Of a stretch of 32,000 bases of DNA, positions 22,150 to 30,329 are shown in pieces. The stretch spans positions 1,170,001 to 1,202,000 of the forward strand of contig NZ_CP006867.1 of NCBI RefSeq assembly GCF_001481685.1, in the 5' to 3' direction. The notes beneath the pieces were generated by a model. That model saw only the letters and a program-made list of their open reading frames with translations. It ran no database searches and had not been told where the DNA came from. Every line of letters starts with the position of its first letter. The first letter of the stretch is position 1. The translations under genes were made by a program, and so were the position numbers. The stretch is from Ignicoccus islandicus DSM 13165. GTDB lineage: Archaea > Thermoproteota > Thermoprotei_A > Sulfolobales > Ignicoccaceae.

Positions 22150-23937
22150 ATGCTACTAAAAAGAGAATATTTGGAAATGTTAGAGGAAGTGGGAGACAAG
22201 GAACTAGATATTAACGAGTTCGTAAAGGGCGAATACGAAGAAAGGGAAAGGTTAATAAAGAATCTGTTGGCCTTAGAGCTCCAAGACTTGATTCGCCCGA
22301 AGGATGCGAGGAATCCAAGGATTTTCGTCCTAACCGAACACGGTAAGAAAGTTCTAGATATATGGAAAAGGTTAGGGAAGCCTCAAGTTGAGAGGTGGTT
22401 GGACTCTAGGATACACATGATGCTATGGACTTTATGGAAGACTAAAAGCGAGGCACCTAAGGACTGGAAGACGCCGCTATTAGAGAGGAACTTCGTCAAC
22501 GAGGAAGGCAAGTTAAGGGATGAAGCAATAGAGTTGCTAAAGGTGTTTGAACCAGGAATTAGAGCAAGGAAAATCAGGATTACGAGGGACTTGGGCGGAG
22601 TCTTAGCGAGAATAGCACCCGGTCCGGCTACCACTGCAGCTCTTAAGAACCATCCCGAAGACGCCTTAGACTTACTAGAAGCAATGGATGTAATAGTTTA
22701 CAGTGCCCCCGATGGGGGATACTACGCGCTAACTAGGTTAGGAAGGTATTTACGAATGGCTATTAGGGAACTTCGTCCTGTTGCCATGGAGTACATTCTA
22801 GTTAATATGAAAATTATAGAGCTAGTCAAGAAGTTGATCGAAGGAAAGGAGCTTACTGATCAAGAGAAATTCGTCCTAATGAACCTAGGATACATGACCG
22901 TTTCAGAACCAACCAAGGCTGCCAAGTTGCTCTATAAGGCGATAGAGGAATTAGAGAGAGGAAAGTATTGGGAGACCTTCACCATAGGTCTAACTAGAGT
23001 GGATCAATGGGTCATGAAGATGATCGATTACCTTTGGAAGAAAGCGGAAACCAATCCGGAGCTCAAGCCGACCAAGTCATTGATAGTAGATTGGTTCGAG
23101 AGGCACTGGAAAGACATAGGAATGGACGAAGAAACTCGCAAGGAGCTGTTGTTCTCGGACTACACAGTTGGTATATCTCTCTATAGGTTAGAAGCATTGG
23201 AATTAGTCGATAGCTATGAAGAGAAATCGAAGCTCATATACCAATTAACAGACTACGGGAAACAGCTCTTAGAGGTCATCGAAAAAGGGAAGATCGTCGA
23301 AATACCTACTTACGCAATAAGACCTTTAGTGTACGCTGACAGAGGTTTGCCGCCGTTTAGATCATGGATAGAGGAGGCCGCAAAGGAAGGCCTGCTTGGT
23401 CCAGGGGGCATGGGGAGAAAGGGCAGGAAGTTGGCACACTTAGCCAGAGTAGTGAAAAGAAGGCCGCTGCTTACTAGGATGGAATTACTTGTACTCCAAA
23501 AGATGTTACCAAGCGGTCAAGTACAGAAAATAGAAGAGCTAGTGAAGAAGTTCGAAAACCCGGACGAAGCCAGGGCAGCTCTATACTGGCTGGAAATGTG
23601 GGGTGCCGTTAACTTCTACGATAACGATTACGTAGAAATAACTGAAATTGGAGAGAACTTGAAGAAGGCGTTGGTAGCCACGCCTCCCGGAATAGCTACG
23701 CCCGTACACCCACACTTCTTGAGGGTCCTAGAAGTGATAAAGGAGCTCGGAAGTTACGAAGACATTGCTGAGATAGTAAATAGGACTAGGCTTACGTTAG
23801 GTATAGTGAAAGACGCCATAGTAGTGGCTAGGGAAGCGAAGCTACTAGGTAAGAAGGATCTAACTGGCGAAGGCGAACTTCTACTAGAGACGGTAAAGGA
23901 GATACAAGCCCACAGAGAGACTATGGCAGAGGAGTAA
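22150..23937 (+). CDS. DUF505-type crenarchaeal protein with multiple winged-helix-like segments
   Basis: 595 aa from the revised start. Recurrent wH-like segments (RPKDARNPRIFVLTEHGKKVLDIWKRLG, YYALTRLGRYLRMAIREL, IYQLTDYGKQLLEVI, YVEITEIGENLKKAL). The family name is from recall. Confidence 0.65.
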   Translation: MLLKREYLEMLEEVGDKELDINEFVKGEYEERERLIKNLLALELQDLIRPKDARNPRIFVLTEHGKKVLDIWKRLGKPQVERWLDSRIHMMLWTLWKTKSEAPKDWKTPLLERNFVNEEGKLRDEAIELLKVFEPGIRARKIRITRDLGGVLARIAPGPATTAALKNHPEDALDLLEAMDVIVYSAPDGGYYALTRLGRYLRMAIRELRPVAMEYILVNMKIIELVKKLIEGKELTDQEKFVLMNLGYMTVSEPTKAAKLLYKAIEELERGKYWETFTIGLTRVDQWVMKMIDYLWKKAETNPELKPTKSLIVDWFERHWKDIGMDEETRKELLFSDYTVGISLYRLEALELVDSYEEKSKLIYQLTDYGKQLLEVIEKGKIVEIPTYAIRPLVYADRGLPPFRSWIEEAAKEGLLGPGGMGRKGRKLAHLARVVKRRPLLTRMELLVLQKMLPSGQVQKIEELVKKFENPDEARAALYWLEMWGAVNFYDNDYVEITEIGENLKKALVATPPGIATPVHPHFLRVLEVIKELGSYEDIAEIVNRTRLTLGIVKDAIVVAREAKLLGKKDLTGEGELLLETVKEIQAHRETMAEE

Positions 23938-23997
23938 GGTGAGTCTATAGTAACATTTATAACATATACTACTTTTCCCGAAAGTGAGGTAATTGGG

Positions 23998-25293
23998 ATG
24001 AAGAGGACCGTATTAGCGTTAACTCTACTATCCTTAATAGCGTTCTCCACTATTGCATTAGCGGCAACCCAAGAGAAGTACGGTGGTCCTTCTTGTTCAT
24101 ATATAAAGGAAGCTATCTCCAGGGCCGGTGGCGTTGAAGCAGTAAAGAACGGCTTAGGAACTACTGTTATAAAGATCGGAGCTCTAATACCTATGAGCGG
24201 TGCGCTCGCTTCCTTCGCTAATGAGAAGTATGCAGTGCAACTAGCAGTAAGGGACCTAAACGCGTGCTTCAAGGAACTCAATTTACCCTTCAAGGTAGAA
24301 GCGTACATCGAGGACACTCAAACCACTCCCCAAGTGGCCCTAGAGAAGGCCAGGAAGCTCGTTAACATCAATGGCGTCCACATGATAGTAGGCCCCGCAA
24401 CCAGTGCAGCTGTTGGAACTTTACAAGACATAATAAACAGCGAACTCAAGGTAATACTAATGAGCCACTCGAGCACCTCCCCCTTAGTGAGGTTAAACAA
24501 TGAAGAAGCCATAAAGAAGAACGGTTACAGTTACGTATTCTTTAGCATTAGCAGCGACTTCTTCCAAGCCAAGGCTTTAGCTAGCGTAGTCAAGAGTTTC
24601 GGTTACACTAACGTCGTCTTCTTCTATAGGAACGACGACTACGGTAAGGGCTTCGCCTTAGCCTTCAAGGAGGCCTTTAGCGAATTAGGCGGAACCGCTC
24701 ACTTAGTACCCTACGACCCCAATGCCAGGAGCTACCTAGCTGAGCTAAGGAGCGTATTCAATTACAAGCCACAAGCTATAGTTTGGCTAGCGTTCGATGA
24801 GATAAAGGTCATATTAAGGCAAGCGTTAACTCTAGGTCTACAGAAGTATCCTTGGTTCTTCACTGAAGCCGTTAAGGGTCCAGCACTGATATCCGATCCT
24901 GTTGTCGCTAAGGTTCTAGCTCTAAAGAACGTTCTGGGAACCGCTCCTTACACTAGCGGTAACTTCATTGAGTACTATAAGAGCGTCTACGGTAACGATC
25001 CGGTTGAGTTCAGCGATACTCTCTACGATGCAGTATGGTTAGTAACCCTAGGTGCCTTAAGAGCCGCTAGCTTCAACCCCAACCTAATGGAACACGCTAT
25101 AATAGAGATGAGCTACATTTACAAGGGCTTCAGCGGAGACAAGTCAATGAATGCAATATATCAAGAGCCCTTGACCACCAGCTACAGCGTATGGACCGTA
25201 AAGCTGGTTGACGGTAAGCCCGTCTTCGAGGACGTAGGCTTCTGGTCGCCTTCGGAAGGTCTCAAGTTAACCGTCAAGTTAACTCCCAAGTAA
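23998..25293 (+). CDS. Branched-chain amino acid/amide-type (LivJ-like, periplasmic-binding fold type I) solute-binding protein
   Basis: Signal peptide MKRTVLALTLLSLIAFSTIALAA. Contains IKIGALIPMSGALASFANEKYAVQLAVRDLN, GVHMIVGPATSAAVGTLQDIIN and NVVFFYRNDDYGKGFALAFKEAF. A TATA-like ATTTATAA lies at 23955-23962. Confidence 0.9.
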   Translation: MKRTVLALTLLSLIAFSTIALAATQEKYGGPSCSYIKEAISRAGGVEAVKNGLGTTVIKIGALIPMSGALASFANEKYAVQLAVRDLNACFKELNLPFKVEAYIEDTQTTPQVALEKARKLVNINGVHMIVGPATSAAVGTLQDIINSELKVILMSHSSTSPLVRLNNEEAIKKNGYSYVFFSISSDFFQAKALASVVKSFGYTNVVFFYRNDDYGKGFALAFKEAFSELGGTAHLVPYDPNARSYLAELRSVFNYKPQAIVWLAFDEIKVILRQALTLGLQKYPWFFTEAVKGPALISDPVVAKVLALKNVLGTAPYTSGNFIEYYKSVYGNDPVEFSDTLYDAVWLVTLGALRAASFNPNLMEHAIIEMSYIYKGFSGDKSMNAIYQEPLTTSYSVWTVKLVDGKPVFEDVGFWSPSEGLKLTVKLTPK

Positions 25294-25295
25294 CT

Positions 25296-26084
25296 TCAGT
25301 AAGTTTTTTCAATTAAGTATTTCAAGAATTCTCTTGATGACTCTAATTTTTTGACTTCGTCTGAGCACAATGGACATCCTTCGTTTGTGACGTCGTTAGC
25401 TGAAATCATTGAATAAGGTGCGTTAACGTTAACGTGAATTTCGCTGGGCCATTCCTTACCATTTAGCAAGAATAGAACTGCTTGGACGCTAATTGCCGCC
25501 ACTACTTCAGCCAAATTAGGATCTGTGTAGTACCTTACCTTTTCATCCCATATTCTCTCACATATCGGACAATAACCTTCCTTCAGTACCTTAACATACC
25601 CCCTATAGCTTCCGATGCCTACGTTCACGAACTTCTTGTTATGCTTTACTGCTAGAGCAAGCAAAACGGCCCTGGGCGCGAGTACGTCGAACGAGGTTAC
25701 CACTATATCTACCTTTTTAACTAGCTCGTTAACATATCCAAAGGACTTATCGCTCCAAAGCCCTGAAGGAGTTGGTACTTCAAGTTCAATACCTATTAGC
25801 TTTGTCCAAGGGTGGAACTGTTGAAGCCTAGACGTAAGGGTCGTTGCTTTGTTAAGGCCAACTTCATCCGTATGGAAACATTGATAACCTACGTTCTCAA
25901 CGCCTACCTCATCGAAGTCTATAACGTATATTTCCTCAAAGTTAAACCTGGCCAAGTTCCGAACTATCCTGGAACCTAAAGTTCCCGCACCACCAACGAG
26001 AACTCTCTTCCCTTCAACGCTTAATCCAGATTCCTTTAAGTAATGTTGAGTCCTTTCGTAGAATCCTCTCGGCCGAGCGTCCAC
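25296..26084 (-). CDS. E1-like (ThiF/MoeB/HesA superfamily) protein
   Basis: GTG start. VLVGGAGTLGSRIVRNLARFNFEEIYVIDFDEVGVENVGYQCFHTDEVGLNKATTL with paired zinc motifs CPIC and CPLC. Confidence 0.88.
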   Translation of the reverse strand: MDARPRGFYERTQHYLKESGLSVEGKRVLVGGAGTLGSRIVRNLARFNFEEIYVIDFDEVGVENVGYQCFHTDEVGLNKATTLTSRLQQFHPWTKLIGIELEVPTPSGLWSDKSFGYVNELVKKVDIVVTSFDVLAPRAVLLALAVKHNKKFVNVGIGSYRGYVKVLKEGYCPICERIWDEKVRYYTDPNLAEVVAAISVQAVLFLLNGKEWPSEIHVNVNAPYSMISANDVTNEGCPLCSDEVKKLESSREFLKYLIEKTY

Positions 26085-26869
26085 GTCGTGCCCCTAATTA
26101 CTGCCTTTTCTATATCTAAATTGAAAACTTTCACATCGTATAGGACATTCAAGTGCGGTGAAAGTTTCAAATACTGAAACTCGCTCTCTCCCACATTAAC
26201 GTAATAGGACGCGATGAATATGAAATCCTCTAAAACTATTTCTCCCGTCGTTCCTATCCTAAAAGGAATGCATTTTTTCGAAGGTAGCGTACACTCGCTT
26301 CCGTCTATATCTACGGTGCTTCCGTCGCGATATACCTTAGCGAAGCCCTTCTTCCTAGTACCGATACCAACCACTTTGTTTACGTGCACCTTAAACTTAT
26401 CGTATCCTATCGTCATTTGGGGCACTGGTTCATATATAGCCAAATCTAAGCACAAGGAATTACCGGCATGAGTTGGAGAGACTATTCCAAATACCCTAGG
26501 TCTCCCTGGAACAGTAGCCAGAATTTGAGTTTTCAACGCTAAGGTCATTGTAGCTATGTCTATTGCCGATGGCGATGGGGCTATCCCGCAGTGATAATGA
26601 ACAGTTACTAAGTCTTCCGGCTTGGCGTCCGTGGTTCTTACGCTTACGGGCGTTTTTTCAATTGCTCTCATGGGTCTAGCGTTGGTCACATATATTTCCT
26701 TATCGTTCATAAATCCCATGAAGCTCACTACGTCCTCCGATGCGTCCTTGGATAAGTTGAAGCAATTGTTTTCATTAGCCTTCTTCAGTAGCAATTCGAA
26801 TACCGATGGTACGATCTTTAATCTATGGAGCGTTACCGTCGCAGAGTCCAACGTCCGTGCATAGCGCAT
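26036..26869 (-). CDS. JAMM/MPN+ (JAB) metalloprotease-like protein with C-terminal extension
   Basis: The motif H91-Y-H93-x7-S101-xx-D104 (HYHCGIAPSPSAID) fits HxHx7SxxD exactly. An upstream Glu (E45 in SEDVVSFMGF) is followed by a beta strand, as in JAB domains. Confidence 0.72.
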   Translation of the reverse strand: MRYARTLDSATVTLHRLKIVPSVFELLLKKANENNCFNLSKDASEDVVSFMGFMNDKEIYVTNARPMRAIEKTPVSVRTTDAKPEDLVTVHYHCGIAPSPSAIDIATMTLALKTQILATVPGRPRVFGIVSPTHAGNSLCLDLAIYEPVPQMTIGYDKFKVHVNKVVGIGTRKKGFAKVYRDGSTVDIDGSECTLPSKKCIPFRIGTTGEIVLEDFIFIASYYVNVGESEFQYLKLSPHLNVLYDVKVFNLDIEKAVIRGTTWTLGREDSTKGLNIT

Positions 26870-27578
26870 CCGTCATTACCTCCAGGGGATTTTCTTGTTG
26901 ACTAATATAATCCCAAGACTCCACGTGCATTATGCATGCGTTAACGTTTAACATTTGAGCTATGCGTTCCAGAGAGGTAGAGAGCAACGGTATTTCCTTG
27001 GCTTTCGTTAAGAAATAGTCGCTAGTTAGATTATAGAAGCAGCATTTGTGCCATATCTTCGGAGTTACGTAAATCAATGGTTCGGTCTTTGGATAACCTA
27101 TGCTGGGTAAAACGAAAACTGTGTACGTCGAGTTTTGTGCACAATAGTCCTTCTTCTTACATTTTCTATATGCGTAAATTCCCTTGCCGGGATCTTTTCC
27201 ATCTATGGGAACAAATTGCTTAGTTAGTTTACTGGACGAGAAATAATGAGATCTGAACGTCTCAACTGCGTCCTCTAAGGGATCGTAATCTCGAAAAAAA
27301 GATCCATAAGGTTCTTCAATTGAAGCGTACCAAACGTTTCCGTATTTTTCTATAAGGGATCCCACGCTCTCGGATCTATATGTGACATCTATCTCGGAGC
27401 CGTCAACTCTCTTAACGTAAAGTTTTATTCTCTGAGGGGCGATTCCCAGCCTCTTAGCTAACTTGTCCCTAACCGAGCTAGGTAGTTCTCCGTAATCTAC
27501 CTTCAAGTTGTGTTCCGAGAGCTCGGGCTTTATCAATATCGAGAGTATTAGCTCACCGCTCTTATTATTAGTTGACAT
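26823..27578 (-). CDS. Ubiquitin-like (beta-grasp) domain fused to E2/UBC-like domain
   Basis: Residues 8-88 follow ubiquitin-like topology (ELILSILIKPE / HNLKVDYG / PSSVRDKLAKRLGIAPQRIKLYV / SVGSLIEKYGNVWYASIEE). Residues about 130-215 carry YTVFVLPSIGYPKTEPLIYVTPKIWHKCC, resembling the UBC signature (lP..YP...P.v.f....H...C). Confidence 0.6.
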   Translation of the reverse strand: MSTNNKSGELILSILIKPELSEHNLKVDYGELPSSVRDKLAKRLGIAPQRIKLYVKRVDGSEIDVTYRSESVGSLIEKYGNVWYASIEEPYGSFFRDYDPLEDAVETFRSHYFSSSKLTKQFVPIDGKDPGKGIYAYRKCKKKDYCAQNSTYTVFVLPSIGYPKTEPLIYVTPKIWHKCCFYNLTSDYFLTKAKEIPLLSTSLERIAQMLNVNACIMHVESWDYISQQENPLEVMTDALCTDVGLCDGNAP

Positions 27579-27597
27579 TTTTACATACCCTTAAAAA

Positions 27598-28041
27598 TTA
27601 TGGACCTCTCCTCATTTCCGCTTCCGCTTCAATCGTGCTTATACTAGATTTCAGTTCGTCAACTAATTGCAATATCCTCTTAAGCTCTTCTTCAGGCAGT
27701 TTAACTTTCTCTAGGAACTCTTCTCCGTCTGCAGTTAACCTAAGCTTGTTCCTTCCAGGTACTTTTTCTATTAGGTTTAGATACAGCATGTCCATTACGT
27801 CTTGGTGTAGTTCGTTGCTGCCAATGACTTTTCCTATTTTTACAAACTGATAACCTATGTCGAGTCCCTTTTCCTTCATTTCGTACACTAGTTGAGTAAG
27901 GCCCTTCTCTGAAACGTTGCCTAAGTGCTTTATGATATGTAGTAATATCAACGCCTTCTTGTTCTTCTTAACGTCGTCTAGGGTGACTACTTGCCTAGAT
28001 ATTATCTTTAATTCCTTGCTCTTGCCCGTTGGCGAGGACAC
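27598..28041 (-). CDS. Winged-helix-like protein, first gene of the Ubl/E2-JAMM-E1 cluster
   Basis: GTG start. KALILLHIIKHLGNVSEKGLTQLVYEMKEKGLDIGY...VMDMLYLNLIEKVPGRNKLRLTADGEEFLEKV. It lies 19 nt upstream of the E2-like gene. Confidence 0.65.
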   Translation of the reverse strand: MSSPTGKSKELKIISRQVVTLDDVKKNKKALILLHIIKHLGNVSEKGLTQLVYEMKEKGLDIGYQFVKIGKVIGSNELHQDVMDMLYLNLIEKVPGRNKLRLTADGEEFLEKVKLPEEELKRILQLVDELKSSISTIEAEAEMRRGP

Positions 28042-28112
28042 GATCTCAGCCCCTTTACCTTTCGTAATAAGCTCAATTAAGGTTTATTTGTAAGCGCAGC
28101 GGGGACTAGAAA

Positions 28113-28772
28113 ATGCCGTCTTACGACGATCCGAGGTATTTGTTAGCTTGGTGGGGCCTAGAGAAAATAGAGAGGGTGGTTCGTTCCCCCGGGAAACCTA
28201 TAGATAAGGCGAGGGCGCAAAGTTTACTTAACGAGATGTGGAGCGAGCTCAAGAGGTTGAGATGGTCTGGTCTTCCTAGCGACATGGCTTCAAGTGAAGC
28301 TCAAAAGATAGCCAAGCTTGCGGGGGAAATGAGGGAGGTTTTAGGGCTTACCCCTAACGAAAAGGAATTGGTCAAATCTCAGGCTTACTGGGCCCTCGGT
28401 TACCTTCAAGCTTTACCACATTTATTGAAATTAGGGGAAGACGTGAGTCCCGGTGAGGCAGTTTACGTCGTCAGTGGAAGGATAACTGAAGTTGGGAACC
28501 ACCCAAATGCGGACAACTTGAAAGTTACCAGAGTTAACGTGGGTTACGTGGCCATCACTGTCGTAACCAATATCAAGGAGGTAAAAGAGGGTGAAGTTAG
28601 AGCCGTTGCCTTACTACCTCCTGTGGACCTACTTGGTGTGATTAGTAGGGGAATGTTCTGTTCCGATCCGCTCCAAGTTCCTGAGGGAAGACCTTTCCCA
28701 CCTTACGATAAGGGTTCCGTTAGAGCTCAAGTTGAGAGGATAGCGAAGGAAGCTCTAAAGATAAGGAAATGA
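28113..28772 (+). CDS. Protein with C-terminal tRNA-binding (EMAPII/CsaA-like OB-fold) domain
   Basis: SGRITEVGNHPNADNLKVTRVNVG...AVALLPPVDLLGVISRGMFCSDP is the EMAP-like tRNA-binding OB pattern. Confidence 0.8.
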   Translation: MPSYDDPRYLLAWWGLEKIERVVRSPGKPIDKARAQSLLNEMWSELKRLRWSGLPSDMASSEAQKIAKLAGEMREVLGLTPNEKELVKSQAYWALGYLQALPHLLKLGEDVSPGEAVYVVSGRITEVGNHPNADNLKVTRVNVGYVAITVVTNIKEVKEGEVRAVALLPPVDLLGVISRGMFCSDPLQVPEGRPFPPYDKGSVRAQVERIAKEALKIRK

Positions 28773-28775
28773 AGT

Positions 28776-29369
28776 CTATCGCCCCCTCTTCAAAATGCTA
28801 CCCCTAACCATTACTCTGGCAACGTTTAGCAATATCCCTATTGCGATAGCAACTAGTAGAGGTAAGCTGACCTTTATCATAAATCCGTTAGGTAAGACCT
28901 CTGAAGCGTATTCCAAAAACGCAGCGAAGAGGTAAGGTATGGAATACCCTACAATGCCAGCGTAATTGAAAGGCATCGCAACGAATGCAACGGGTAAGAC
29001 AACGCTTGGAACCTCCTCTCCCGTTACTTTAACTTGAACCGGATAGCTCCCTAATAGGGGACTCACTACTACGCCCTTGAGCAAGGCTAGAATTGCTATT
29101 GGCAAGAGTATTGAGGCTCTTCGATAATCTAGTGATAGTAAGGCTAAGAAGAGACCGTAAGGAAGGATAGGGCTTCCGGAAAAGTAGTAGCAAGTAGTTG
29201 AGAAGATAAGTGAGCATATGGTCATGACGTCCAAGTTCAATGGAAACTTGGACGCGATAGCATAGATAACAGACGCTACTAGCATTGAGGCTGAGGCCTC
29301 TAACGGATCCAGCCAAAGGTATGCGAGGATCACTGCTAATATAAGCGGTACCTTGGAGGCTCCAACCAT
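28776..29369 (-). CDS. Polytopic membrane protein of unknown function
   Basis: 197 aa and strongly hydrophobic. It overlaps the DUF58 gene, suggesting an operon. Confidence 0.65.
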   Translation of the reverse strand: MVGASKVPLILAVILAYLWLDPLEASASMLVASVIYAIASKFPLNLDVMTICSLIFSTTCYYFSGSPILPYGLFLALLSLDYRRASILLPIAILALLKGVVVSPLLGSYPVQVKVTGEEVPSVVLPVAFVAMPFNYAGIVGYSIPYLFAAFLEYASEVLPNGFMIKVSLPLLVAIAIGILLNVARVMVRGSILKRGR

Positions 29370-30325
29370 GGTATGACCCTCACTGAACCCATGGAACTTA
29401 ATCGAGACATGAAATTTCTAAGCTCTATCTCAACTTTCCGCTCAATGATCTCAATAGCCGGAAACAAGTCCCTTACGTTCGGTATACACGCTAGAGGGTT
29501 CAAGAGGAAGTAGTTCGCTGCCCTTTTAATGGATGCGTTAGGCCCGATTACCAGTAAATCTGCGTTCTCCTTCACTTCCTTCATTCCGGTATCCCTAAGA
29601 AATTCCGCTACCGATTCAGCGAAGCTACGGAAACACTCGTTAATTTTCCAAGGACCTAGCTCTACGGAGAACGTTTTCAGATTGGGGTTTTTAACCACTT
29701 CCTCTCTAACCCTCTTTAATTCCTTTACCTTTACTGTGCCCATAGGGTTCAACGTTTTCCATATAACTAGCCTTGGTTCATCGCCAGGCCTGTACTCTCT
29801 GGCGCCCTCTATTTCGGGTATTGCTTGGTATCCGCCTTCAACCTCAATCACCTTAGCTAAACCGAGCTCCTCTATTTTCCAAACTGCATAGAATTCGTTA
29901 AGAGGGAGGTATCCAGAGCACTCGCATTTTCCCCTCTCTACCTTCACCAATATGCCGTTCCAATAGACGAACGGTTGAGTCTTCAGGTCTATTTGATATT
30001 CTAGAATACCACTAGAAGACTTGAGGGAGCCCTTCAATGGTTGGACCGAGGATACTTCAACTATTTCCGATTGCTTGGGTCCGATTACCTTAACAAGTAG
30101 AGTGTCTCCAAAGCGTTCGACGCTCCTCCTAACTTTTATTTTCTTCTTTTTATTACAGTTCACTGCTTGGATACTCGCAGCCGTGAGGATGGAGGACGCT
30201 GCGAGGACTGGTCCTAACCACGGGAAGAAAAGTATTGCAGATGCTAGACCTATCGATGAATATAGAGCTACCTTCCTTCCATCTTCGTTTAAAGAGCACT
30301 GCGCTGGTATTAGATATTCCCTCAC
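29336..30325 (-). CDS. DUF58 family protein
   Basis: N-terminal hydrophobic segments, then AREYRPGDEPRLVIWKTLNPMGTVKVKEL, the DUF58 core motif. Confidence 0.8.
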   Translation of the reverse strand: MREYLIPAQCSLNEDGRKVALYSSIGLASAILFFPWLGPVLAASSILTAASIQAVNCNKKKKIKVRRSVERFGDTLLVKVIGPKQSEIVEVSSVQPLKGSLKSSSGILEYQIDLKTQPFVYWNGILVKVERGKCECSGYLPLNEFYAVWKIEELGLAKVIEVEGGYQAIPEIEGAREYRPGDEPRLVIWKTLNPMGTVKVKELKRVREEVVKNPNLKTFSVELGPWKINECFRSFAESVAEFLRDTGMKEVKENADLLVIGPNASIKRAANYFLLNPLACIPNVRDLFPAIEIIERKVEIELRNFMSRLSSMGSVRVIPWLEPPRYRLY

Positions 30326-30329
30326 TCTC

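Noticed and set aside
23754-24317. 187-aa minus-strand ORF between DUF505 and the LivJ-like gene
   Set aside because: It is antisense to the ends of two well-supported genes and their TATA/SD region, with no recognisable domain.
27572-27850. Plus-strand ORF antisense to the winged-helix gene, considered as a hidden modifier gene
   Set aside because: It shows no beta-grasp pattern or C-terminal GG, and is Ser/Leu-rich like other shadow ORFs.
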